38,874 bases of DNA, taken from positions 1 through 38,874 of IMG/VR virus record IMGVR_UViG_3300033067_001151. The stretch is one strand, 5' to 3'. The notes under the pieces are model-generated. The model was not told the DNA's origin. It did not search any database and worked only from the letters and a program-made list of their open reading frames with translations. Of this stretch, positions 7,909 through 16,952 are shown in pieces. Origin of the DNA: a virus (Duplodnaviria; Caudoviricetes). The translations under genes were made by a program, and so were the position numbers. Numbering within the stretch: the first letter of the stretch is position 1; each line of letters starts with the position of its first letter.

Positions 7909-8280
7909 TTATGTATTTTGTTCTATTTTGGTTAATAGTCGTTCTATCTCTGCTTGTAATAGCTTGAGGTCATCAATATGGTTATTTGATGCCAAACCGT
8001 GTAATATTTCTAATGCCGTACTAAAGGCTATTGGATAGGTAAGCCGTAAGCCTATTGTGTCTATATCAGTTCCGTTAGTCTTTAATTCCATTGTGCCTTT
8101 CATCAACTCATTAGGTTGTGCTGGGTTCTTTACGGCTTTCAATGTGGTAGGGGCGTATTGAAGGCATATATTCTTTTCTCTTATTACACTACCTTTGAAG
8201 CCATCGGGATAAGCGGCAACATGGCATGAGTAGCTATTTAAAGGGTATATTTTATGTATTCTGGGTCTTTTATCAGCCAT
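7909..8280 (-). CDS. Hypothetical protein
   Basis: 123-aa ORF directly behind a strong promoter. Confidence 0.7.
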   Translation of the reverse strand: MADKRPRIHKIYPLNSYSCHVAAYPDGFKGSVIREKNICLQYAPTTLKAVKNPAQPNELMKGTMELKTNGTDIDTIGLRLTYPIAFSTALEILHGLASNNHIDDLKLLQAEIERLLTKIEQNT

Positions 8281-8320
8281 AACACTTATATAATAACAGG
8301 TGTAATATCAATTTAATAAC

Positions 8321-8349
8321 AGTATAGCATGGCTATCAAATGATGTCAA
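8321..8349 (-). promoter_or_regulatory. Sigma70-type promoter
   Basis: TTGACA-N17-TATACT with extended TGn. Confidence 0.8.
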
Positions 8350-9073
8350 TAGTTATATCTTTGTGTTGATGTAATGTACTTGGATTAGAATTAAATGAAC
8401 ACTGGTTTTTCTGACACGGAATGTGGCTCAAAGGCAGGCAGTGTATGGTCTAGCGCAATATAGTGCTTGGCACGTCCTTGTAGTCCGTTGGACTTAATTA
8501 CGAGAGAATAAGGTTAGAAAATAATAGAGATGATTGAACCCCACACACACTAACCCTTGCAGAATATACCTGGGTATCAGGAAATCACGGAAATGTCAAG
8601 GTAATTATTTGCTGTTAGCAAAAATATTTGTGTTGATTTTTCTAAAAGACACCCCCTATGCCCCCCATTGGGAACTTCATCTAAAAGAGACCCATCAACA
8701 CTCAAGATTTTCAGAATTCGGCCCCTGATTCGCCAATTAAAATTTTGGGCAGTAGAAATATGTCGCCTGATATTACACCAACCAGATTAAGGGCGGCAAG
8801 CCGTAAGCTTTACTAATAATACCTGCTGTGGTAATTTCGGCAGAAAGCCGTATTATTTAAGAATATACATTATAGAGGAGGGTTGAGAGATAGAAATAGA
8901 ACAAGAGATGAAACAAAAAGATTTATTATATAATTACTCGGAAACCGAGAATATTTATAATATTTATTTTTTGTTGGAGTAAAGAATCGATATAGAAGAC
9001 TTAATCACCATTTCTTCTATTTTTAAGAGATTTAGCGATACTCGCTTAATTTCTTACTTCTAGGTATATTCCT

Positions 9074-9102
9074 AGGTTATCACATTTTTGCCTTTTTGTC
9101 AA
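9074..9102 (-). promoter_or_regulatory. Sigma70-type promoter (leftward)
   Basis: TTGACA-N17-TAACCT with extended TGn. Confidence 0.6.
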
Positions 9103-9263
9103 GGGGGTAAATTCATTTTTGTTGATGTTTTTTACATTTATTTTATCTCGGCTTCCGGCTTCTCAACGGAAAGTTACACTAAATGAAACCTTGTGTGGAT
9201 ATCCCTTCTTTTGGCGACAACAAAAGTAATTATAGCCAATAGAGTTTGGAACGTAGTGATACT

Positions 9264-9292
9264 TGACAAAGAAGGTTTGTTGTGTTATTATA
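9264..9292 (+). promoter_or_regulatory. Sigma70-type promoter upstream of candidate small RNA
   Basis: TTGACA-N17-TATTAT. Confidence 0.7.
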
Positions 9293-9321
9293 TAATTAGA
9301 GTGGTATTCACTCGTTCACGT

Positions 9322-9366
9322 ACGGCTTTCTAGTCTCCCCCTCACCCTTTCCCACTGGAGAGCCGT
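9322..9366 (+). ncRNA. Candidate small RNA hairpin with C-rich anti-SD-like loop
   Basis: 13-bp stem ACGGCTTTCTAGT/ACTGGAGAGCCGT with two G-U pairs; 19-nt loop CTCCCCCTCACCCTTTCCC. Confidence 0.55.
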
Positions 9367-9390
9367 CTCCTTAAACCAATATCTTCTTCC

Positions 9391-9419
9391 TTGACAATCT
9401 CCTTGTGTTGGTGTATAAT
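9391..9419 (+). promoter_or_regulatory. Consensus sigma70 promoter for the terL leader
   Basis: Perfect TTGACA-N17-TATAAT. Confidence 0.85.
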
Positions 9420-9427
9420 AAATATTA

Positions 9428-9612
9428 ACAGTAGTTGAAGCGGGATCCTTAAAAAAGACCGAACTATGTCAACTCATTTTGGGGAGCGACTGCGTAGCGG
9501 GGACTCCTATCACTAGGAACAGTGGACGAGGGACTGATCACCCTGACGCTGTTTTTTACAAGAGGGGCGGTAGGGTCTGACACAAACCGAGAAGACCTAA
9601 CTAAGCCGCCCT
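9428..9612 (+). ncRNA. Candidate structured RNA/leader with four hairpins upstream of terL
   Basis: GC-rich island; stems at 9431-9467, 9483-9507, 9518-9553 (ending in a T6 run) and 9564-9612. Confidence 0.5.
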
Positions 9613-9634
9613 ATATTGTTATTTTAGAGGGGCA

Positions 9635-11008
9635 ATGGAATTTATTAAAAACCAAACTAAACACATCTTCTTCCCCTGGGCATTCAGACCATGGCAGCTT
9701 GAAGTAGTTAAGAAGATGGGCAGGTTCAACATGCTAGTAGCTCATAGACGTGCCGGTAAGACAGTTATGGTTTTACTACACATGATCCTTAGTTCATTAA
9801 ATTGTAAACAAAGGAACGCTAGATACCTTTATATTACACCAAAGAAACTAACAGCTAAGACAAACGTATGGGACGAATATCTAAAGCCGATGGCTCAATA
9901 CCTCCCTAACGCCGAAATAAGTGAAACAGACCTAGATATAACCTTCGACCCTCTTGACGGCTTTGGAGTAAGAAAGATAATGATTAGAGGTGCTGATGAG
10001 GGCGGTGTATCTATTAAAGGTTCGTATCTTGACGGCGTTGTAATGGATGAGATGAGGGAACACCAAGCTAAGACATGGTCAGAGGTAATCCGTCCCATGT
10101 TAGCAGATAGAAAGGGATGGGCTATTCTGACAGGTACAGTAGGTCAAGGGTACTGGTATGACATGTTTCACCAAGCTAAACAAGACCCTAGAAAGCAATG
10201 GAATATCTTTACACTACTTCCACAAGACACAAAAGCGATAGATGAAGCGGAGCTAACCAACCTACAGGAGACTATGTCGCCCCATGACTATGCCCGAGAA
10301 TATATGTGCGACTGGTTTGCCGTAGATTCTGGCTCTGTATATAGCCATGCGCTGATAGCCCTTCAAAATGCCGGTAAAATAGAAGATACTTTAGAGTTGG
10401 TGAACAATGTCCCAGTAATAACGGCTTGGGACTTAGGTAAATCGGATATGACAGTAGTATGGTTTTTCCAGATAACCAATGGAGAATATCGAATAGTCGA
10501 CTATCTTGAGGTAAATAAAGAGACAATTAACTCTAAATTTGGTCACGGCGACCTAAATGAAGCATTTGACGTCAGGGTGTTCAAGCATATTTCCAAAAAA
10601 CCTTACAATTATGGTATGCATATCCTTCCTCACGACTCAATGCACGGTCATATTAGTGCTGAAATTAGTACTTTTAAAAAGTTTGAGACTATGGCAGGCA
10701 ATACAAAGGTGATTGTAGCGCCAAAATTGAGTGTACAGAGTGGTGTAGAGGCTGTGGCTAACATACTACCGCAATGTAGGTTTGATCGCTCTCATTGTGC
10801 CGAAGGAATCGCCGCATTACACTCTTATATTCCTCCGTATTCTACCGAAGCTAAACGTTCTAACAAGTGGGCATCACATAGTGCCGATGCTTTACGTACA
10901 TTTGCCGTTTCTATACCGCATTTAACTACCACATTTGCTAGTAGAATTGGTATTAACCAAAGGCAACCAAATACAACAAGAGTTTTAAGTACTTACGATC
11001 CACTATAA
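9635..11008 (+). CDS. terL: Terminase large subunit
   Basis: RPWQ, Walker A VAHRRAGKT, Walker B VVMDE, IRPMLADRKGWAILTGT, nuclease AWDLG, LPHD, SHSADA. Confidence 0.95.
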   Translation: MEFIKNQTKHIFFPWAFRPWQLEVVKKMGRFNMLVAHRRAGKTVMVLLHMILSSLNCKQRNARYLYITPKKLTAKTNVWDEYLKPMAQYLPNAEISETDLDITFDPLDGFGVRKIMIRGADEGGVSIKGSYLDGVVMDEMREHQAKTWSEVIRPMLADRKGWAILTGTVGQGYWYDMFHQAKQDPRKQWNIFTLLPQDTKAIDEAELTNLQETMSPHDYAREYMCDWFAVDSGSVYSHALIALQNAGKIEDTLELVNNVPVITAWDLGKSDMTVVWFFQITNGEYRIVDYLEVNKETINSKFGHGDLNEAFDVRVFKHISKKPYNYGMHILPHDSMHGHISAEISTFKKFETMAGNTKVIVAPKLSVQSGVEAVANILPQCRFDRSHCAEGIAALHSYIPPYSTEAKRSNKWASHSADALRTFAVSIPHLTTTFASRIGINQRQPNTTRVLSTYDPL

Positions 11009-11010
11009 GC

Positions 11011-11039
11011 TTGACAAGTATATAAAAATAATATATAAT
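11011..11039 (+). promoter_or_regulatory. Consensus sigma70 promoter
   Basis: Perfect TTGACA-N17-TATAAT directly after the terL stop. Confidence 0.85.
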
Positions 11040-11172
11040 GATATAATCGTGGCTATGCTCTGATGGATAATCCCATTTATCAAAATCCACAAGGTACGAG
11101 TTAAGGATTTACCTACCCCGACTACAATCCACGGACTCAGGTAAAGATCGGGCGGAATTTTATAGAGGACAA

Positions 11173-11976
11173 ATGGCATACGTCAATAACTTAGCACAAT
11201 TAACATCAGCACAAAAAGCCAAGCAACTAGCAACATATCAAAGTAGATTAAATACAGATTTAGCGGCTTTGGCGAATAGCCCAGATCAATTATCGGCATA
11301 TAAAGCATCAGACTACTATGCCAACCTAACCGGAACAATAAAAGAGCTAGGAGGTGGAGGAACTACGGTACCAGCGCCATCTATTCCGGCTGCACCAAAT
11401 CCAAACGACCCATTCTACCAAATGGCAGCGGGTGTTGATCCAGCACAGAAAATATTAGATACACAAGTTGTATCACAAGGTGACGCAGCAGCATTAAATC
11501 AAGTACAAGGATCTGCCCCTCCATTTGTTGATCCAACTTCTATGGGTGGTACCGCTAAGGCTACGGCAACACCAACTGCAGATCCAATGAAGCAATTAAT
11601 GGACGCTTATAACGGTGCATTAAGAGCAGGAACACAACAAACCCAAAATCTTGTTAATAACATGGTTGCTGAACAACAAAGGGCAAACTCAATAAACCAA
11701 CAAAATCAAGCCATGTTAAATGGACTAATTGCACAGTCTACGGCGGCTTCTCAACAAAGTGCAGATGCATTAAAAGCGGCATTAACTGGAATATCTTCAG
11801 GAAAGAACGCTGGGGCTCAAACACAATATACGGCAACCGATGTATCGGCTCAAATGGAGCAGCAAGCAAACGACAGAAAAAGACTTAGAGCAGCAAGTGG
11901 CGGGACAGAAAGTACTAAAAGCAAAATTCTAGCTCAAAAAGCATTATTAAGTAAACCAACTCTATTAGGAAGCTAA
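11173..11976 (+). CDS. Gln/Ala-rich pre-portal protein, probably virion-associated
   Basis: GAGGA SD; low complexity; C-terminal KPTLLG resembles podovirus proteins encoded just before the portal. Confidence 0.6.
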   Translation: MAYVNNLAQLTSAQKAKQLATYQSRLNTDLAALANSPDQLSAYKASDYYANLTGTIKELGGGGTTVPAPSIPAAPNPNDPFYQMAAGVDPAQKILDTQVVSQGDAAALNQVQGSAPPFVDPTSMGGTAKATATPTADPMKQLMDAYNGALRAGTQQTQNLVNNMVAEQQRANSINQQNQAMLNGLIAQSTAASQQSADALKAALTGISSGKNAGAQTQYTATDVSAQMEQQANDRKRLRAASGGTESTKSKILAQKALLSKPTLLGS

Positions 11977-11980
11977 CACT

Positions 11981-13585
11981 ATGGAAAATAAAGAATTGTC
12001 TGTAATACTTCAGACACTAGAAAAGCTCAAGTCCTATCGCGCACAATACCACACTGAATGGGAAGAGTTAGGTCAAATATTTGCACCAGGCACACAAAAC
12101 TTTACATCATCTAGTAAACCTTGGAAGAAACTGAATAGCTCAATTGATGGTCATGCGCCGTACTTTGCACAAAGATTAGCGGCACATATTTTTGGAAGTG
12201 CCGTTAACCCAGCAACTAAATTCGTACGTTTTGTTATTGACGAGTATAAAGCCAAATTAAGCAAACAAGAAGAAGATGAATTAGAAATAATTAACGACAG
12301 AGTATTAAGGTCGTATATTTGTGCTAAATCTGGATTCTCATCATCAATCTTAGAAGCCATATCTTCGGCTATTATCTTTGGTTCTGGAGCTTTATACCTA
12401 AATAATAAATTAGGTGACGATATCATATTTAAATCTTTGCCGTTAAGCCAGATATATATTGCTGAAAACGATGCAGGACAAGTTGACACGCTATTTAGAT
12501 GCTTTAAACTATCAGCAAAACAATTAGTACAGGCTTTTGGAATAGATAACGTATCAGAAAATGTTAGAACGGCAGCAGCACAAGAACCAGAATCCGAATT
12601 CGAAGTCGTACATTGCACCAGACCTAATTTATTTGCGAAAAAGAAATCAGAGAAATTTGAATCTTATTATGTTGAAGTAGAAAATAATCATATTCTTGAA
12701 AAAGAAATGTCTTCTACATTCCCATTCATTGTATTTAGATGGGCAAAGCATATAGGAGAAAAATACGGTCACGGACAAGGTAAATTAGCTTTAACGGCTA
12801 TTAGAGCATTATCACATATCCGTAGAGAAAATGCAAAAAGCCTTTCTTTCGCCAACAATCCAGTAGTATTATTAGCAGATGACGGCGTTATTATACCTGA
12901 CCAATGGTCTCCAGGCGGAGTAATTCAAGGTGCTATGTCTAGCTTAGACGGTCAAAAACGTTTAGAAACATGGTCCCCAGCCGGCAATAGCCAAGCAGGT
13001 TTAGCACTATATGAATCTGAAAAAGACTTATTAGGTAAAATATTCTTCGCAGAAGATATTACAATGCCGATAGATAAAACCCGTAGAACGGCTACTGAAG
13101 TTAACATGATCAAGAACGACCAAATTAGGTTCTTAGTTGGACATATTGCTAGAATGGTTGATGAGCTATTGGTACCAATGGCAGAACTTCATTTACAAAT
13201 GTTAGTAGAAAACGGTGAATTTGCAGACCTTAAAACTAAGATAATGGACAAAGAGCTTAAACCTGAGTTTGTAGGTTCTATGACCAGCTTGTTAAAAATG
13301 GAAGACGTTAGAGCAACACAAATGTTCTTACAATCCGTATTGCCGTTAAGCCAATTAGACCCATCAGTAATAGATAGGGTTAATATTGATAGAGTTGTAT
13401 TAGATACACAAAAAGGTACAGGTACTCCTTCATATATCTTAAGAAGTGACGAAGAATTCCAAGCTTTACAACAACAAAAACAAGCGGCTCAACAACAACA
13501 AATGCAAATGCAAAACGCTTTAGCGGCATCTGAAGCAACTAAAAATATAAGTCAAGCTAATAAATACGACCAAGGGGGAATGTAA
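11981..13585 (+). CDS. Portal (head-tail connector) protein, T7 gp8/BPP-1-like
   Basis: 534 aa; GQVDTLFR, FPFIVFRW...GEKYG.G, TATEV motifs; Gln-rich tail; synteny. Confidence 0.93.
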   Translation: MENKELSVILQTLEKLKSYRAQYHTEWEELGQIFAPGTQNFTSSSKPWKKLNSSIDGHAPYFAQRLAAHIFGSAVNPATKFVRFVIDEYKAKLSKQEEDELEIINDRVLRSYICAKSGFSSSILEAISSAIIFGSGALYLNNKLGDDIIFKSLPLSQIYIAENDAGQVDTLFRCFKLSAKQLVQAFGIDNVSENVRTAAAQEPESEFEVVHCTRPNLFAKKKSEKFESYYVEVENNHILEKEMSSTFPFIVFRWAKHIGEKYGHGQGKLALTAIRALSHIRRENAKSLSFANNPVVLLADDGVIIPDQWSPGGVIQGAMSSLDGQKRLETWSPAGNSQAGLALYESEKDLLGKIFFAEDITMPIDKTRRTATEVNMIKNDQIRFLVGHIARMVDELLVPMAELHLQMLVENGEFADLKTKIMDKELKPEFVGSMTSLLKMEDVRATQMFLQSVLPLSQLDPSVIDRVNIDRVVLDTQKGTGTPSYILRSDEEFQALQQQKQAAQQQQMQMQNALAASEATKNISQANKYDQGGM

Positions 13586-13860
13586 TGTTTACGCAACTGA
13601 CTAAGTTATTTAAGACCAAAGTGGTCAACAAAGAAATGGCAGATAAATATAGACAAGTATTTACTGGAAAAGTAGGGGAAGAAGTTTTAGAGGATATCCT
13701 AAGGCACTGTCACCTAGACCAATCGTCTTTTGTCCCCAACGATCCAAATTATACGGCATTTAAAGAGGGTAAACGAAGAGTCGGACTACAAATATTATCA
13801 TATTTAAATTCTGAAGTAAAGGAGAAAAAACAAAAACCCTTGACACAAGATATTATATAG
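13585..13860 (+). CDS. Bbp19-like conserved phage protein
   Basis: YRQVF...G.EVL.D....C...S......TAFKEG.R.VGL.I pattern between portal and scaffold. Confidence 0.8.
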   Translation: MFTQLTKLFKTKVVNKEMADKYRQVFTGKVGEEVLEDILRHCHLDQSSFVPNDPNYTAFKEGKRRVGLQILSYLNSEVKEKKQKPLTQDII

Positions 13861-13868
13861 TGTATAAT
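13840..13868 (+). promoter_or_regulatory. Consensus sigma70 promoter for scaffold/capsid genes
   Basis: Perfect TTGACA-N17-TATAAT. Confidence 0.85.
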
Positions 13869-13895
13869 ATATAGATTAACAAAAAAGGAAATATA

Positions 13896-14711
13896 ATGAC
13901 AACCGAAGTAATACAAAATACAGCCGCTCCAGAAGCGACAACTGTTACAGAAAATACAACTGTTGCAGCCCCAGTAACCGAAGTACCAGCATCTGACATA
14001 CTTTCAATGGTATCAGAAGATTTACGCACTGTCAAGTCTTTAGAAAAATTTAAAGGAAAAGACGTAAACGAATTGGCTAAAAGTTACACCAACCTTGAAT
14101 CTCTTATTGGTAAAAAAGTATCTGAATTACCAGAAGATGTAGTTAAACAATATTTAAAAGTACCGACTAAACCTGAAGAATATAAATTGGCAGATGAAGC
14201 TAAGAATATCATCAACGGCAAATTATTAGAAGTCGGATTAAAAGCAAACGTAAGCCAAGAACAAATGAAAGAACTTACAGATGCACTAGTAGAAATACAA
14301 AGGTCAGAAATGGCTGTAGCTGAAGAAGAAGCAAATAAATTAATTGAATCTGGTAAAAAAGAACTAGAAGCAGAATTTGGTATTGCTTTAGAAAAACGCC
14401 TAGACGCCGTCAAAAAGATTATGACTCAGTTTGGTGACCCAGCTTTACATGATGAACTAGCAAAAACTGGATTGTTACACAATGCAAAGTTTGTAAAGTT
14501 CTTAGACAAGATTACACAAGAAGCTTTGTCGGTTAAAATGGTTGGCTCAGATTTTGTAGCACAACAGTCATTAACACCAACAGAAGCTAAAGCGTTAATT
14601 AATAAAAAATACGCTGATAAGGAATTTAACGAAGCCTATTTTGACAGTTTCCACCCAGGTCATAAAAACGCCGTGGCGGAAATGAATCGTCTAATAGAAT
14701 TCGTTGCATAG
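13896..14711 (+). CDS. Capsid scaffolding/assembly protein
   Basis: LAKSY.NLE..IG, VP.KPEEY and HPGHK.AV motifs; directly before the capsid gene. Confidence 0.85.
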   Translation: MTTEVIQNTAAPEATTVTENTTVAAPVTEVPASDILSMVSEDLRTVKSLEKFKGKDVNELAKSYTNLESLIGKKVSELPEDVVKQYLKVPTKPEEYKLADEAKNIINGKLLEVGLKANVSQEQMKELTDALVEIQRSEMAVAEEEANKLIESGKKELEAEFGIALEKRLDAVKKIMTQFGDPALHDELAKTGLLHNAKFVKFLDKITQEALSVKMVGSDFVAQQSLTPTEAKALINKKYADKEFNEAYFDSFHPGHKNAVAEMNRLIEFVA

Positions 14712-14793
14712 GACACGGAATCGACCTCCCCCTAGAAGTTTAGTCGCAGTAACCACTGATAGGCAGAACAGCCCCGAAAGGACAAGCAAGTTC
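14709..14793 (+). promoter_or_regulatory. Structured leader of the major capsid gene
   Basis: Two hairpins sharing a GG-ACA(A/C)-G / C-C-CC internal loop; the second has a GAAA tetraloop. Confidence 0.4.
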
Positions 14794-14838
14794 GAAAATA
14801 CTAAAACAAAACTTTAAACAACAATTATAGGTTAAACA

Positions 14839-15705
14839 ATGACTATATCAATAAACCAAAACTATGTAAATAAGTTTAGTGGTGACCTGTACCATCTAGT
14901 TGGTTCGTACGGATCTAAACTAAAAGGGCTTTTCGGCGAAGAAATCGCTAAAGGCGAAAAACACTTCTTTGACAGATTAGGAAACTTCTCTGTATCTGAA
15001 AGAGTACAAGCCAGCCAAGCTACTGTATTGCAAGATGCAACACACAGCAGACGTATGGCAACTGTAAAACTATACGATGCTTTCGTTGGTGTACACGCTC
15101 TTGACGTAAACAAAATGTTACTAGACCCTACAAGTGACTATATCAAGAAACTTGCTGGTATCCACGGTCAAAACTATGACAGCGTTCTTTTAGCTGCATT
15201 AATTGGGACTGCTGCAACTGGTGCTGATGGTTCAGGCTCACAAGCTTTTGACACCACTAACAACCAAATTGCACACGGTGGTACTGGATGTACTGTTTCT
15301 AAATTCAACCAAGCTCTAAGAATCCTACAATCTAATCGTGTAGACATCATGAGAGACGAAGTTGTATTAGTTGCAAACGCTAGGGCTATCGAAGATCTAC
15401 TTGGTGAACAACAATTCACTTCATTCGACTATCAAAACTCTAAGGCACTTGCTGGTAAAAACTTACCTATGTTCCGTGGTGTTAAAATCGTTTGGTCTGA
15501 AGATGTTCCTGACTATACTGCTGGTTCTGTTTACAGGGCTATCATGACTACTCGCGATGCATTAAAAGTTGCAATCTCTGAGAACTTAAACGTGTCTGTT
15601 GACAAACGTCCTGACTTGTCTAACTCTATGCAGATTGGTACTTCAATGATGTTTGGCGCAGTCCGTATGGAAGAAGCTAAAGTAGTTGATATTTTATTCC
15701 AATAA
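14839..15705 (+). CDS. Major capsid protein (HK97 fold, Bbp17-like)
   Basis: GSKL, HSRR, D..KMLLDPTS.Y, TSFDY...KAL, GAVRMEE.KVV motifs; codon bias of a highly expressed gene. Confidence 0.93.
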   Translation: MTISINQNYVNKFSGDLYHLVGSYGSKLKGLFGEEIAKGEKHFFDRLGNFSVSERVQASQATVLQDATHSRRMATVKLYDAFVGVHALDVNKMLLDPTSDYIKKLAGIHGQNYDSVLLAALIGTAATGADGSGSQAFDTTNNQIAHGGTGCTVSKFNQALRILQSNRVDIMRDEVVLVANARAIEDLLGEQQFTSFDYQNSKALAGKNLPMFRGVKIVWSEDVPDYTAGSVYRAIMTTRDALKVAISENLNVSVDKRPDLSNSMQIGTSMMFGAVRMEEAKVVDILFQ

Positions 15706-15728
15706 TAATTAATTAATGAGGTAACACA

Positions 15729-16274
15729 ATGGCTGCAGGAACTAAAAAATCTGACAACATTACTAATATCGAGACCGCTGCAATATCGGCTCTTGATAAA
15801 AAAGTAGCTCGCGTTCATCAAATGATAGACGAATGCGAAGTTGCAACAACTAACATCGACGATGTAGGTGATATCATCCTTTTTGGACCTATCCCGTCAA
15901 ACGCAGTAATCACATCTGTTCAAATCTTTAACGATGACTTAGACTCTCACGCAACACCAACTTTGGCTGCTGACGTAGGTCTATACTACTCTGGTCTTGG
16001 TAACATTGTTTCTGGTGTGAAAAAAACATCTGGAACTGTTATCAGCGCTACTTGTATCGGTACTGCTATCACTACACTTCAAGCTGCTAACGTTTCTGGT
16101 GTAGAACTTAGATTCGAAGCTGCAAACATCGACACAATCGATAAAGAAGCTTGGGAACTAGCTGGTCTTACTGAAGACTGCGGTGGTAAACTATACCTTG
16201 GACTTACTGTTACTACTGCTGCTGCAACTGCAGCTGCTGGTGGTATTAAAGTAGTTGTTCAATACATGGTTTAA
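15729..16274 (+). CDS. Capsid-associated (decoration/cement-like) protein
   Basis: Directly after the capsid gene; beta-rich (IPSNAVITSV, DVGLY); GAGG SD. Confidence 0.7.
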   Translation: MAAGTKKSDNITNIETAAISALDKKVARVHQMIDECEVATTNIDDVGDIILFGPIPSNAVITSVQIFNDDLDSHATPTLAADVGLYYSGLGNIVSGVKKTSGTVISATCIGTAITTLQAANVSGVELRFEAANIDTIDKEAWELAGLTEDCGGKLYLGLTVTTAAATAAAGGIKVVVQYMV

Positions 16275-16285
16275 TACTTACTATC

Positions 16286-16354
16286 GGGACAATATCGGCA
16301 TTGTAGCCGTGAGTCCCAAACGTATTGGCGGAGAATACGTTAAATAATCTCCGC
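16286..16354 (+). other. Intergenic RNA structure (hairpin plus possible pseudoknot)
   Basis: GGGAC/GTCCC enclosing CGGC/GCCG; AACGTATT/AATACGTT whose loop GCGGAG matches CTCCGC at 16349-16354. Confidence 0.45.
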
Positions 16355-16375
16355 ACAGAATTTTAAGAGGCAGTG

Positions 16376-16951
16376 ATGGCAAGTAAAGCAGCAATATTTA
16401 ATATGACACTGACACTATTAGGGCAAGACCCAATAAGTGATCCTGATGGAACTGGAACTGCAGAGACGGCTTGCAGACAAGTTTATGACATTTGTAGAAA
16501 AGCACTATTAGAACAACACCCTTGGAACTTTGCAATAAGCAGAGCCAGTCTAGATTTAGAGACAGACGCCCCGGCTTTTGAATATACTTCCGCATTCGGA
16601 CTTCCAACAGATTGTTTAAGAATAATAAAAGTTTATTCGCCTTCTTCAGTATATAAAGAAGAAGCAGGGCTTATACTAAGCAACGACAGCACAATGAGCC
16701 TACAATATGTTAGAAATGAAGAAGACACTTCTATCTTTAGCCCGTTATTTGTACAACTGTTAGCCGTTGATATGGCTTTGTTAGTAGAATACAAAATTAC
16801 TAACCAGTCTTCTCTTCAACAAATGTTGATGATGAAAAGACAAGAGCTAATGGTTAAAGCTAAAATGATAGATGCACAAAAAGATTATAATAGCAAATCA
16901 TCTAGGAATACAGCAATAGAGTCAAGAGACTACCCATACGGAGATATCTAA
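16376..16951 (+). CDS. Tail tubular protein A / adaptor
   Basis: L..LG..PI, HPWNFA..R..L, LP.DCLRI motifs; synteny. Confidence 0.85.
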   Translation: MASKAAIFNMTLTLLGQDPISDPDGTGTAETACRQVYDICRKALLEQHPWNFAISRASLDLETDAPAFEYTSAFGLPTDCLRIIKVYSPSSVYKEEAGLILSNDSTMSLQYVRNEEDTSIFSPLFVQLLAVDMALLVEYKITNQSSLQQMLMMKRQELMVKAKMIDAQKDYNSKSSRNTAIESRDYPYGDI

Positions 16952-16952
16952 C

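Noticed and set aside
8571-8599. Additional leftward promoter (TTGACA at 8599-8594)
   Set aside because: The -10 at 17-nt spacing reads TACCCA, too weak to call
8534-8728. 64-aa plus-strand ORF, and likewise 9522-9707
   Set aside because: Non-ATG starts, no recognisable motifs, and they lie in the control/structured-RNA region; likely spurious
8281-9634. tRNA genes or a CRISPR array in the long intergenic region
   Set aside because: No cloverleaf with a T-loop consensus and no regularly spaced repeats
14755-14785. Hammerhead ribozyme (CTGAT...GAAA)
   Set aside because: The core reads CTGATAG rather than CTGANGA, and the flanking stems do not form
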